From Planctomycetota bacterium (GTDB taxonomy: Bacteria; Planctomycetota; JACOTG01; JAJDCM01), in contig JAJDCM010000059.1 in the NCBI GenBank assembly GCA_029260825.1, positions 13,098 through 77,097 on the forward strand: DNA of 64,000 nt, in the 5' to 3' direction. A program made the translations under genes and the position numbers. The notes under the pieces are model-generated. The model saw only the letters and a program-made list of their open reading frames with translations, did not search any database and had not been told where the DNA came from. This document shows positions 37,216-46,805 of this stretch, in pieces (position 1 is the stretch's first letter; every line of letters starts with the position of its first letter).

Positions 37216-39384
37216 ATGGCTTCAATGATCACCAGAATGAACGGCGCTCTCTCCATGCTCGTTTCGAAAAAGGGTCTCGAGCCGAGTTACCCGATTCTCC
37301 CGGCCACCTCAGAAAAAGGAGAGAGCAGCGTTCCCGGAGTGTTTCTCGTGGGGGAGGTCGCGGGAGTTCCTCTCATCAAGCTCGGCCTCAACGGCGGTCA
37401 CGAAATCATCGATCAGCTAGCCATCGATGTGGAGAAGGAACGATCTTCTCGTCCCGATGCGGAAATGGTGGACTTCCTCATCGTCGGCGCAGGCGCAGCC
37501 GGACTGGGAGCAGCCGCTCGCGCCAAAGAGCGAGGATTCTCTTCGATCGTTGTGGACGCCAACCACGTGGCGGAAACCGTCTACACCATGACCAAGGGGA
37601 AGATCCTCTTCGCCGAACCTGATGCGGTCGAAAACCTGAGCTCGATGTGGTTTGAAGAATGCACCAAGGAAGCTTTGCTCGCAAAGTGGAAGAAGCAGAT
37701 CGCGGAAAAAGAGCTCGATGTTCGGGAGTTCGAAAAGGTCCTCGACATTCAGCGGCAGGGAAAGTCTCTTCGGGTTCAAACCGAAAAGAATGAATATACG
37801 GCACGAAGGGTCATCCTGGCCGTCGGGAAAGCCGGCAACCCGCGAAAGGCAGGAGTTCCTGGAGAGATCGAGTTCGCAACCCGAATCGAACACCGCCTTC
37901 TCGACCCGGACGTCTTCAACAACAGAAACATCTTGATCTATGGCGGCGGCGATGTGGCTCTCGAAGGTGCACTCCGGCTGTGTGAAACCAATGCAGTCAC
38001 CTTGGTCACCATCGACAAGGAGTTCATCTACCCCAAAAAGCGAAACGTGGATGCGCTTCTGCAACAGGCTTCCCGGAACAAGATCAAGATCCACATGGAC
38101 TCTCACCTTGTTGCCATCGAGGAGAGTTCGGTCAAGATCGCGAAGGGAAGTCCGACCGGCCCTGCCCAATCCCTGAAGAACGACCAGGTCTTCGAGATGA
38201 TCGGGGCCGAGATCCCGACCCCGTTCTTCAAGAAGATCGGGATCAAGCTCGACAACGAGTGGGACATGAAGAGGTGGGTCTACCTCGCCGTGGTCTTCTT
38301 GTTCGTCTATTCTCTCTACTCGCTGAAAAGCTACGGAAAGGGAGTCTCCGCCTGGCCTTTCAACCACCTCATCACAGAGGGCAGTTACGACGCGGGAATC
38401 CAGTTCATCTTCAAGGCCTGCTTTGCTCCATTTTCCTGGATGTTCAGTGAAAACGCCTACCAGGATCTCCTCGCGGAGAGAGGTTATCAGCAAGGCTATA
38501 TCTATAGTCTGCTCTACAGCGTGGCAATGCTGGTGTTCGGCTTTGAGGCCATGATTCGGTGGCGCGGAGTCTCTCGTAACAAAGGCTATCAAACCTACCG
38601 CTACTTGACCCTCATCGGATTTCAGGTTGTCTTCTTCCTTGTGGTCAACCTCTTTGCGATCCAGGCGATGTCCGTCAATCATGCCTGGCGAGCCTGGGGT
38701 CTTTACCAGCCGTTCCCTCTCTTCTTCAACACGTTCTTCTGGTGGAGTGATCATGATCCCCGATGGATCATGGGCTTCTTCATCGGCGCGGGGCTTCTCG
38801 GCTCTCTGGTTGCAATTCCAATCCTCTCCCGCAATCATGGCAAACGTTTTTGCACCTGGGTTTGTGGCTGTGGAGGGCTCGCTGAAACTCTGGGCGATCG
38901 CTGGCGTCACCTCGCCGCCAAAGGATCGCGCTCCCGTAGCTGGGAGTTTCAGGGAGTTGTGGTTCTAGCTGCGAGCGTCATTGTGGGTCTGGTTGTGGTT
39001 GGTCTCTACGAGACCCAGGGCAACAACATCTGGTGGCAAGCTTATAACTACACCGTCGATTTCTGGCTGGTTGCCGTCATCCCGATTGCGCTCTATCCGT
39101 TCTTTGGCGGCAAGGTCTGGTGCCGATACTGGTGTCCACTTGCGGCCTACAATGGGCTTCTCGCCCGCTGGTACGGAAGGCTGAAGATCGTCTCGAACTC
39201 GAAGTGCATTTCTTGCACCCAGTGCTCCAAGTACTGCCAGGTCGGCATCGATGTCATGGCTTTTGCCAAGAATCAGCAACACTTCGACAACGCCAATTCG
39301 TCCTGCATCCAATGTGGAATCTGCATTGACGTTTGCCCCATGGACGTCCTCTCCTTCACCACGGATAGGACTTCCGTTTCCTGA
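37216..39384 (+). CDS. Fusion protein: FAD/NAD(P)-binding oxidoreductase (thioredoxin-reductase-like) N-terminal domain + polytopic membrane 4Fe-4S polyferredoxin (NapH/MauN-like) C-terminal domain
   Basis: Dinucleotide-binding motif FLIVGAGAAGLGAAARA and a second YGGGDVALEG. About 6 TM helices. Cys clusters CTWVCGCGG, CRYWCPLAAY, CISCTQCSKYC, CIQCGICIDVCP. Confidence 0.75.
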   Translation: MASMITRMNGALSMLVSKKGLEPSYPILPATSEKGESSVPGVFLVGEVAGVPLIKLGLNGGHEIIDQLAIDVEKERSSRPDAEMVDFLIVGAGAAGLGAAARAKERGFSSIVVDANHVAETVYTMTKGKILFAEPDAVENLSSMWFEECTKEALLAKWKKQIAEKELDVREFEKVLDIQRQGKSLRVQTEKNEYTARRVILAVGKAGNPRKAGVPGEIEFATRIEHRLLDPDVFNNRNILIYGGGDVALEGALRLCETNAVTLVTIDKEFIYPKKRNVDALLQQASRNKIKIHMDSHLVAIEESSVKIAKGSPTGPAQSLKNDQVFEMIGAEIPTPFFKKIGIKLDNEWDMKRWVYLAVVFLFVYSLYSLKSYGKGVSAWPFNHLITEGSYDAGIQFIFKACFAPFSWMFSENAYQDLLAERGYQQGYIYSLLYSVAMLVFGFEAMIRWRGVSRNKGYQTYRYLTLIGFQVVFFLVVNLFAIQAMSVNHAWRAWGLYQPFPLFFNTFFWWSDHDPRWIMGFFIGAGLLGSLVAIPILSRNHGKRFCTWVCGCGGLAETLGDRWRHLAAKGSRSRSWEFQGVVVLAASVIVGLVVVGLYETQGNNIWWQAYNYTVDFWLVAVIPIALYPFFGGKVWCRYWCPLAAYNGLLARWYGRLKIVSNSKCISCTQCSKYCQVGIDVMAFAKNQQHFDNANSSCIQCGICIDVCPMDVLSFTTDRTSVS

Positions 39385-39403
39385 GGCTCTGCATTCCGAA
39401 TCC

Positions 39404-41893
39404 CTATTCCTCCTTCTCTTCTTCCTCTTCGGTGAGATCAACGACTATTTCCAGTTCCTCGACTCCCTGTTCTCCGAGGAGATCAAGGTCAATCGTCTCC
39501 GACCTGTGGACAAGAACCTGCGGCCCCATCAACAGGCCTCCGTCCTCACCAACGGCACCGGAGAAGCTAACCGTATAGCTGACATTCCCGCCGGAAGAGA
39601 AGACCCCACTTTCTCCATTCCCGGCAGCGTTCGACAAGACCATCAGGTCGGCAACCCCGCCGCCACTATCCAGGAGTCGCGTCCTGACTCCCGCGAAAGC
39701 GCTCGCGGAAAGACCGAGCTCATTCTCAAGGACGCCAAAGTTGTTCTGAAACAATCGCTGGGTATCGGACAGAGCAAGGGCAGCCCGAGCCCGGCTCCGA
39801 TCCATGGTCATTCTCACCCGCTCAAACCCGGATCGAAGGTCTACATCCTGAGAATGAGAAACCATTCCCCCGAAAACGGCGTTGGCCTGGAGGATCTTCC
39901 GAGGAAGGGGATGGATGCGAAAGACCCCGCCTCCGATTGAAACGGCCTGAACGGTCGAAGTGCTGAATTCGGGACGCTTGAATGACCCAGGATGGAGGGA
40001 GTCTCCTGATTCCCGACGTCGATCCTTGGTTCGGGGGTGGAACTCAAGCCCGCGAATCCCCCGGACATCATTGAATGCGAACCGAAAATCGCTGACCTGC
40101 TGAACATGGTTCAAGGCCAGTGCTTGATCCATGAGTATCTGCCCGTTCATCTCCTGTTTGAGCCGAGTCAACATATCAGACCGGGAAGTCTTCGACATTC
40201 TCCCGCTCAGGTCGGCTTTGGCCTGGACAAGATCGACCCCATTTCGTCCGAAAGAAAACTTGAGACCCGAGAAGGCCCACGCTCCTTGAAGATCATCCTC
40301 GCCGGGGAAAGCGACACCTGCTTCGTCCATGAGCTCGACTTCCAGAGTCGCAGCTTCATTCAGGACGAGATCCATGCGAGTCCATTCTCGAGGGTTCAGG
40401 ACGACCTTCTTTACCTTTCCCACGGGCAGGCAAGTCGCCTCGAAGACTCGAAGGAAGTAGGTTCCTGCGGCAAGATCGGGAAACGCAAATCCCTCCCCCA
40501 CTCGAGCCGTCACGATCGTCTTCTTCTTCGTATACCCACAAGCAGAACAGGACTCTTCTCTTTCCCATCCGAGATCCTCTTGAGGATCGCCCGTCAGATC
40601 GGCTGCTTTCTTGATCTCGCCCTCCGTCTGGGGAACGAAGCACCTTTTGCAGGGCCGTCTCCCGTCTCCGAAGAGATGAACGGAAAGAGGTGTCTCCTGA
40701 TCAAAATGACTGGCGAGAATCTCGCCTTCGATCCGCGCGCTCCCCGGTTCAAGGGCAATCACACCGAGGTCCGTTAGCTCCCCGGCCAGAACCTGGAACT
40801 CATCCAGATAGAAGACCTCGTGGCCCTTGCTCGTAACGCTCGCTTCATAAGAACCCGGACTGAGCAAGGTTTCCTTCATCTTCTCGGCGCTCGTCTTATC
40901 TTCGGCGTATCGCTCTTCGCTCAGAAAACGAATCTTCGCTCCAATGGGTTCCCGGGTAACTCCATCGACAACCTGATAAGAGACCTTACCAGCTTCTAGC
41001 ACCGGTGGAGCGGCCAAAGGATCGGCCGGGGTAGCTTGCGCAGCCTCACTATTTTCTTCCAAAGAGAGCGAGACGAGATCGGGATCAGTGCTCTCTACCA
41101 ATGCCATCTCAAGAGTCTCGCTCGAGTGCTCCGAAGGCGGAACCTCAGAGGAACCGCTATCGGACCACAGCTCTCCGCGCCCTCGGTTTTCCGTGATGCT
41201 CTCCTCCCCTGAAGGAAGTAGGACATACAGCAGTCCTCCGACAAGAAGAGCCAATGCGCCTACGATTGCAATCTTGCTTCCCACCACGACTCCTCCTGTT
41301 GTCAGGGCGCCCGCAGAAATTCCCGAAATCGCAAGAGCATCGGGATTCAAACCAGAAAATGCAACGAGTCCGGTGAGCCAGGTACCTCGGTCGCCAACAT
41401 GAGCTTGATCGAGCTGAGCTCGAAGGCGTTTTCGCCCTCGAAACAATCGAGCCCTTACGGTTGCCACGGGAACAGCGAGCTTGTGTGCAATCGCCGTGGG
41501 TGACAGGTCTTCAAAATAACGAAGGATGATCGCCTCCCGATACGGATCGGAAAGCTGAAGAACCGCATCGGTGATCTCCCTCTGAAAGGCAAGGCGAAGG
41601 ACGATGGTCTCGGTTGATTCAAGAGCTTCTGGCCGAGCCGAACGCTGCTCATGAACCGCCCTGCGTCCTTCTCTGCGGTGAACTTTGTAGGCCGCATTCC
41701 GGGTTACCCGGGAGAGCCAGGTCAGCACCGCCTCCGAATGTTTGGGAGGTTTTCGGAGGGCGGCAAGCCATGTCTCCTGGACAAGGTCTTCCGCTGAATC
41801 CGGGTCGGCGACGAGAGCCCGGGCAAGCTTCTTGACGAACCCTTTGTGGGTCAGCCAAACTTCCGGGCGCAAGGGCGTAAGAGTGTCGGTCAT
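39404..41893 (-). CDS. One-component membrane-anchored ECF sigma factor: N-terminal sigma-2/sigma-4 domains fused to a TM helix and a ~560-aa extracytoplasmic domain
   Basis: Sigma-2 (DLVQETWLAALRK...WLSRVTRNAAYKVHRR) and sigma-4 (DPYREAIILRYFEDLSPTAIAHKLAVPVATVRARLFRGRKRL). TM helix IAIVGALALLVGGLLYVLL. Long C-terminal domain with Cys pairs and an acidic EEEEEKEE tail. Confidence 0.7.
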   Translation of the reverse strand: MTDTLTPLRPEVWLTHKGFVKKLARALVADPDSAEDLVQETWLAALRKPPKHSEAVLTWLSRVTRNAAYKVHRREGRRAVHEQRSARPEALESTETIVLRLAFQREITDAVLQLSDPYREAIILRYFEDLSPTAIAHKLAVPVATVRARLFRGRKRLRAQLDQAHVGDRGTWLTGLVAFSGLNPDALAISGISAGALTTGGVVVGSKIAIVGALALLVGGLLYVLLPSGEESITENRGRGELWSDSGSSEVPPSEHSSETLEMALVESTDPDLVSLSLEENSEAAQATPADPLAAPPVLEAGKVSYQVVDGVTREPIGAKIRFLSEERYAEDKTSAEKMKETLLSPGSYEASVTSKGHEVFYLDEFQVLAGELTDLGVIALEPGSARIEGEILASHFDQETPLSVHLFGDGRRPCKRCFVPQTEGEIKKAADLTGDPQEDLGWEREESCSACGYTKKKTIVTARVGEGFAFPDLAAGTYFLRVFEATCLPVGKVKKVVLNPREWTRMDLVLNEAATLEVELMDEAGVAFPGEDDLQGAWAFSGLKFSFGRNGVDLVQAKADLSGRMSKTSRSDMLTRLKQEMNGQILMDQALALNHVQQVSDFRFAFNDVRGIRGLEFHPRTKDRRRESGDSLHPGSFKRPEFSTSTVQAVSIGGGVFRIHPLPRKILQANAVFGGMVSHSQDVDLRSGFERVRMTMDRSRARAALALSDTQRLFQNNFGVLENELGLSASAFAGVRTRLLDSGGGVADLMVLSNAAGNGESGVFSSGGNVSYTVSFSGAVGEDGGLLMGPQVLVHRSETIDLDLLGEQGVEELEIVVDLTEEEEEKEE

Positions 41894-42055
41894 TGATCCG
41901 CGAGCCTCCAGAGTATCCTGTTTCCAGGGATAAAGACCCCGCTGAGAGCGGAGCGGATGCAAGGATTGCCAAAATAATGCAATCCCTACTCCATCTTACG
42001 CTCAGGAGCCGGATCTTGCTCCCAAAGGATCACCTGGGGCCCGGGAAAGACCGAT

Positions 42056-42907
42056 TTAGGACTTCGGGGACGTGGCCGTGTCGTTGAGATTCCAGTCGTA
42101 GTCCAGAAAACGAACCCCGCCATCGCCATTCTTTTCCAGACGGCTGCGAATATCAGGACTCACGTAGGGTTTCATGAACCCGGAAAGAGAGCCATGCTTG
42201 TCCGTAAAATCGCCTTTGAACCAGTTCAGGATCTTTGAAACCGCCACCCCGTTCCCGTCCGCTTTGGCGTAGCGCGAATCGGTCAGACAGTTCGAGACCG
42301 CCTCTTCAAGCTGGCGATCAATATTTTCACCGTCATAGGCCCCCGGCCGCAGAAACGGACATCCGATCGAAGCGCAGTTGATGGCAAAGTGCATGCGGGG
42401 GTCGTCAAAAAGCTCGGACGGACGAAGCAACTTGTGCTCGATGTCGTTGAGAGAGACGGTGTATCCCCCTACTTCGCAAAAAGGCGTGGCCCAGGGATCA
42501 ATCTCTTTGATGCTTTCCAGCGGATAGTTCCGGGTGACCACGTCAAGAGTGTAGGCATTGTAAGCATTGATCAAGAAGGCCAGAAGTTCGTCGCGAGAGA
42601 GGGATGCGATGTTCGCTCCGGCAAGGGATCGAAGGTAGGCGGACAAAGTTTCCCGATCGGTGACCAATCCCGCATAATCAACTCTACCGGTTTCCCTGAC
42701 ATGCTTGCGAAGAAGGGCATCGAATCCTGCGTGGGAAAATGTGGATTCACCCGACGCGATCCCCTTCTGAACATCACCCGTCAAGGGGTCGTCAAGATCC
42801 ACTCGCCGGGCCGGCACACAGGAACTCAACATCAGAGTGAAGCAAGTCGCCGTCAGCAGAAGGAAACAAACCCCAGCCCGGCCCCATCTGGATTCGCAAA
42901 AATTCAT
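42056..42907 (-). CDS. DUF547-family lipoprotein
   Basis: Lipobox LMLSSC. DUF547 blocks LAFLINAYNAYTL, HFAINCASIGCP, ILNWFKGDF. Confidence 0.7.
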   Translation of the reverse strand: MNFCESRWGRAGVCFLLLTATCFTLMLSSCVPARRVDLDDPLTGDVQKGIASGESTFSHAGFDALLRKHVRETGRVDYAGLVTDRETLSAYLRSLAGANIASLSRDELLAFLINAYNAYTLDVVTRNYPLESIKEIDPWATPFCEVGGYTVSLNDIEHKLLRPSELFDDPRMHFAINCASIGCPFLRPGAYDGENIDRQLEEAVSNCLTDSRYAKADGNGVAVSKILNWFKGDFTDKHGSLSGFMKPYVSPDIRSRLEKNGDGGVRFLDYDWNLNDTATSPKS

Positions 42908-42989
42908 GGCAGAAGTCCTCTCTCTCGTGCCTATACTACGCGAAAAGTTATTTGCAACTCGACCTATTCTTAACATAGGGAAGCCATCC

Positions 42990-43805
42990 ATGGCAGCTAC
43001 CGAGGCAGCTACCGATGCAGCCAGCAATGAAGTCACCAACATCGATCCGACAGCTCCCCAAAAAACCGTTCTGATCACCGGCGCCACGGACGGGATCGGC
43101 CTTGCCCTGGCCCGGCTTTACCAGGGCTCGGGGTGGCGTGTCCTGACCCATGGGCGAAAAGACCGATCTCAACTTCCAAGGGAGGCGTTCTTTTCCGAAT
43201 CGACATATTGCCAGTTTGACCTATCAAGGCCCGGATCCGGCAAGATCCTCCAGAAATTCTTGACCGACCAAAGGATCGATTCCATCGACATCCTCATCTT
43301 GAATGCGGGCCTGGGATACTACGGCCCGGTCCAGGATCAGTCCGCTGAAAGCATTCAAGAACTTCTTGAAGTCAACCTCCATTCTCCGATGGAGATCACT
43401 CAGGCCCTTCTTTCCCTCGTCGAAAAGGCTCACGGAAAGATCGCGTTCATCAGCTCGGTAGCAACCGCTCTTCCCTGTCCCGAGTTCGGAGTCTATACGG
43501 CAACCAAGGCATCTCTTGAGGGGTTTGCTCGGAGCCTTCGAATCGAACTATCCGGCAGGGTTGACGTTCGACTGATTCATCCCGGTGGAACTCACACGGG
43601 GATGCATGAGAAATGCGGTATTCCGTCAACGAAGATGGACTGGACACGTTTTCCGTCGGCTGAAACCGTCGCGGAGAAGATCGTTCATTCACTTTCCGGT
43701 GCCCGGTCTCAACATACGATCGGGACTTCAAACCGACTTGCACGCCTGGCGGGAAGGCATCTTGAAGGATTGCTCGACGGAACAATGCGAAGGTCAGCCA
43801 GATGA
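42990..43805 (+). CDS. Short-chain dehydrogenase/reductase (SDR) family oxidoreductase
   Basis: TGATDGIGLA Rossmann motif. NAG block. Catalytic Y-x3-K context (YTATKASLEGF). Confidence 0.75.
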   Translation: MAATEAATDAASNEVTNIDPTAPQKTVLITGATDGIGLALARLYQGSGWRVLTHGRKDRSQLPREAFFSESTYCQFDLSRPGSGKILQKFLTDQRIDSIDILILNAGLGYYGPVQDQSAESIQELLEVNLHSPMEITQALLSLVEKAHGKIAFISSVATALPCPEFGVYTATKASLEGFARSLRIELSGRVDVRLIHPGGTHTGMHEKCGIPSTKMDWTRFPSAETVAEKIVHSLSGARSQHTIGTSNRLARLAGRHLEGLLDGTMRRSAR

Positions 43806-44566
43806 AAACCTGTGCCATCACCGGCGCCGCCCAGGGAATCGGACGAGCCCTTGCGCGTCAGTTCACGAGAGAAGGATACAAGATCGTCGGGATCGACTTC
43901 GATGAAAAGGCATCGGCCAAAACAAAAGCCGAGCTTCTTCATCTGGGAGGAGACGCGACCTTCCATCGTGCCGATCTCAGCTCTCCGGAAGATGTTCAGC
44001 AAATCGCCACCAAGCTAGCCGAGGGGCCGCAACTGGACGTTTTGATTCACAACGCAGGGATCAACTACACCGGGCGATTCGAAGGCTCGGATCTTTCCCG
44101 GCAGCGTAAGGTCATCTCGGTCAATCTTCATGCCCCCCTCCTTCTCACCGCTCAGCTTCTCGCCCACGGCAAGATTGCCCCTCAGGGAACAATCGTATTC
44201 GTGTCTTCTCTTTCCCGGTTCGTGAGCTATCCGGGGGCCGCGTGTTACGCAGCGAGTAAAGACGGACTTTCGTCCTACGCACGAAGCCTTGGGGTAGCCT
44301 TGGCTCCCAAGAAGATCAGTGTCCTTACGGTCTATCCCGGCCCGACTCGTACCGAGCATGCTCGACTTCACAGCCCGGACAACAGCAAAGAAGAGCGACG
44401 CATGCCTCCCGAGGATCTCGCCAAGCGCATCCACGAAGCGGTCAAGCGCAGGAAGCGAGTTCTGGTGCCGGGTTTTGGAAATCGGTTCTTTGCAACCTTG
44501 GGAACCGTCCTCCCTGGCGTCACGGAATGGGCGATGAAGAAAACGATTCTGGATAAGCTTGAGTGA
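43802..44566 (+). CDS. SDR family oxidoreductase (second of tandem pair)
   Basis: ATGA overlap with the upstream gene. ITGAAQGIGRALA. NAGI. YAASKDGLSSY (Y-x3-K). Confidence 0.8.
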   Translation: MKTCAITGAAQGIGRALARQFTREGYKIVGIDFDEKASAKTKAELLHLGGDATFHRADLSSPEDVQQIATKLAEGPQLDVLIHNAGINYTGRFEGSDLSRQRKVISVNLHAPLLLTAQLLAHGKIAPQGTIVFVSSLSRFVSYPGAACYAASKDGLSSYARSLGVALAPKKISVLTVYPGPTRTEHARLHSPDNSKEERRMPPEDLAKRIHEAVKRRKRVLVPGFGNRFFATLGTVLPGVTEWAMKKTILDKLE

Positions 44567-44653
44567 TTGAATCCGGGTGGTTTTGGGAGGCCATCTCGCA
44601 CGGAATACAATCTTCCGAACCATGGCCGCCTTGGGGAACAGCCACGGGCAACG

Positions 44654-45337
44654 ATGGAGCCACGCGCCGTGAGATTAATCCGCACCCTGCCCACAACGAC
44701 CCTTGCGGTCGTCTGCCTCCTCGGCCTCCTGGTGGGATGTACCAGCAGCGAGGAAACACTGGTCAAAGATCGTTTGGGTCAGCTCTATGCCATGGATCAA
44801 GACGGATGGCCCGTAGACGACCTCGGATACGATCCATCCAAAGAACCCCTTGATCTACTTCGCATCGACGAACTCGAAAGCCTCGTCCCTGCGAGGCAGT
44901 TCTACCGAACCGTCCTCTACTCCAAACACGCGGAGTTCAGGAGAGTTCTGGCTCTCGTATCCGTTCCAACGGCAGGGAATGAACCGCGTGATGTCACGGT
45001 GGGCTTGGACCTGACTTACACCGCACCCTCCTCGGAGTTCATCCGACAATTCCTCGGAGTTCCGCTTTCTAAAACGGATCGAGTCGAACCGTTCGTAAAC
45101 GCCGTAACCAAGGTTTTCTCGCTTCTACTTCGGAATTCCATGGTCGGGAAAACGACGACGACCCGAGATGGAGCGGGGGCTCGGGGAGTCCTCTCAGTGG
45201 ACGGGAAAAACATGAAGTTCCTCGACTTTGTCTTTTCGAAGGATCGGATCCTCGAACAGCTACTCGTGTACAATCCGAATCCCCATGCGCCGAATTCACA
45301 CGGCGGTCCGCCTTGTCCGGCGTGCAAGGACGAGTAG
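44654..45337 (+). CDS. Hypothetical lipoprotein
   Basis: Lipobox LLVGCTS after the internal Met. No recognisable family. Confidence 0.5.
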   Translation: MEPRAVRLIRTLPTTTLAVVCLLGLLVGCTSSEETLVKDRLGQLYAMDQDGWPVDDLGYDPSKEPLDLLRIDELESLVPARQFYRTVLYSKHAEFRRVLALVSVPTAGNEPRDVTVGLDLTYTAPSSEFIRQFLGVPLSKTDRVEPFVNAVTKVFSLLLRNSMVGKTTTTRDGAGARGVLSVDGKNMKFLDFVFSKDRILEQLLVYNPNPHAPNSHGGPPCPACKDE

Positions 45338-45580
45338 CGGCACCGGAGATCTTCGAAGCTCCTAATTCCCTGCTTCAGACTTCATCGCGCCCCGTGTGTC
45401 CGATCTTGACTCGACGAGAGAGTTCGTCTTTTTTTCAGAACTTTTCCGCCAAGAGAAACACTGGAGAGACGACGCCTAGTGTCTCAGTGGATATCACGGG
45501 AATCCCATTCCCAGCTCGTTTTCTTGGGAAAGCTCTGGCGAGGTTCCCTCTTTGTCACCTCAGAGGAAGGGTTCTGCAAC

Positions 45581-46711
45581 ATGAAAAGAAAGACTGCGCC
45601 TCCGGTTCAACTCAGGAAACGGTCCAAGAATAGGGATTGGCTGTTCCTCCTCTTCGGTGCTTCCGTGGCTCTCTGTGGCTTCAGCTTGGTGTTGGGAAGC
45701 AACACCTCTTATCCTGAAATGGGCGAGGAAGTCGACCCTGAAAAGAAGGAAGACTTTAAAGACGCGATCAACTGTGCCATCGACTCCATGCCGGAAGATC
45801 TCAAGATGATGCTTGGGGATTGTAGCGCGGATGATGTTTCCCTTCATGATTTGAACGAGGGCGAGATCACGCACTGGAAGCACGGGAGCGAAGACAAGAT
45901 GGAAGCGCCCGCCTTCACGCCCGAATCGACGCCCGAACAGATGATGGGCTGCCAGCTGTGCATTGCCGTCGGGGATGCACTCTGTGGCGGAAGCGACCAG
46001 TGGAAAAAAGAAGTCATGGCGCACGAGGTCATTCACTGGACTCAAATAGACTTTTGGACCGAGGTCTATTGCCCTAGCGAAGAGCTCTTTAACGAACCTT
46101 GGGATGGAGAAGAATCTCCTGAGGGAAAGAACGGCAACCCTCCCGCCGAGGGCGAGCCAACAACACCTGAGCAAATGGCGGATCAAAAGACCCGAGAGCT
46201 TTTTGACAAGTTTGAAGAGCTTCGGAGTGAGATGACCGAGTCGGAAGCAATTCTGGAGGACGTTGACCATGGCTGCACCACGGGGCGCCTTGGCCCCTGG
46301 TGGCTAAAACCTCCGGCGAAACAGAAACAACCGGCCGGTGATGACTCGGGAGACGGCGACGGTAGAGATGGCGATGACGATGGAGATGGGGAAGAGGAAG
46401 AGGAAGAGGAAGAAGAGTGCAAGCCGCGGCTCAAGGAGATGAGCGACAAGATCGGAATGTGCATGGAAGACCTCGAGATGATGGCGGAAGAAGCGACCGA
46501 CGGAGACGGAGAGGAAGGGAACGAGTACGACAAGTACAAAGCTTTTGCGGAAAAACTCAACAAGACCATGGACCAAAAGAAAATGGACGCCATGAACCGC
46601 CAAAACGAAATCTGCGCAGCCATTGACAAGTTTTGCAAGAACCAAGACGGAGGAGGAGATGGGGGCGACGACGGGGGAGGCGATGGTGGTGGAGGTGGCG
46701 GCGGTAGATAG
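45581..46711 (+). CDS. Membrane-anchored, extremely acidic D/E/G-rich protein with a Cys-rich HExxH-containing segment
   Basis: N-terminal basic stretch + TM (WLFLLFGASVALCGFSLVLG). Cys-rich block CQLCIAVGDALCGG...VMAHEVIHW. A long acidic low-complexity tail (DGDGRDGDDDGDGEEEEEEEEE ... GGGDGGDDGGGDGGGGGGG). Lower-GC, AAG/GAA-rich codons. Confidence 0.5.
   Translation: MKRKTAPPVQLRKRSKNRDWLFLLFGASVALCGFSLVLGSNTSYPEMGEEVDPEKKEDFKDAINCAIDSMPEDLKMMLGDCSADDVSLHDLNEGEITHWKHGSEDKMEAPAFTPESTPEQMMGCQLCIAVGDALCGGSDQWKKEVMAHEVIHWTQIDFWTEVYCPSEELFNEPWDGEESPEGKNGNPPAEGEPTTPEQMADQKTRELFDKFEELRSEMTESEAILEDVDHGCTTGRLGPWWLKPPAKQKQPAGDDSGDGDGRDGDDDGDGEEEEEEEEECKPRLKEMSDKIGMCMEDLEMMAEEATDGDGEEGNEYDKYKAFAEKLNKTMDQKKMDAMNRQNEICAAIDKFCKNQDGGGDGGDDGGGDGGGGGGGR
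46391..46417 (+). repeat. Coding simple-sequence repeat (GAAGAG)n
   Basis: gaagaggaagaggaagaggaagaagag encodes the poly-Glu run. Slippage-prone. A second GGN-rich tract lies at ~46651-46700. Confidence 0.6.
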
Positions 46712-46805
46712 CCGAATGCCGCGATCCTTCAACCAGAAAGTCGATTCCTATTCCGTGAACCAGTTGAGCCCACCCTTTTTCCTTAAGAAGAAAGAGCATC
46801 ACAAG

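Noticed and set aside
37417-38910. 497-aa minus-strand ORF
   Set aside because: Antisense to the flavoprotein-polyferredoxin fusion, whose sense frame has clear dinucleotide-binding and Fe-S motifs. It is a shadow ORF.
40037-40777. 246-aa plus-strand ORF
   Set aside because: Antisense within the ECF-TM fusion gene. It has no motifs.
46381-46700. Possible CRISPR or other non-coding repeat array, from the GAAGAG and GGNGGN periodicity
   Set aside because: The repeats are in-frame inside a CDS and encode poly-Glu/Gly-Asp. There are no spacer-repeat alternation and no cas genes.
45560-46732. Several minus-strand ORFs (236, 151, 142 aa) with Ser/Leu low-complexity products
   Set aside because: They mirror the GAA/GAG/GGN-rich sense strand of the acidic protein gene. 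They are shadow frames of a low-complexity coding repeat.
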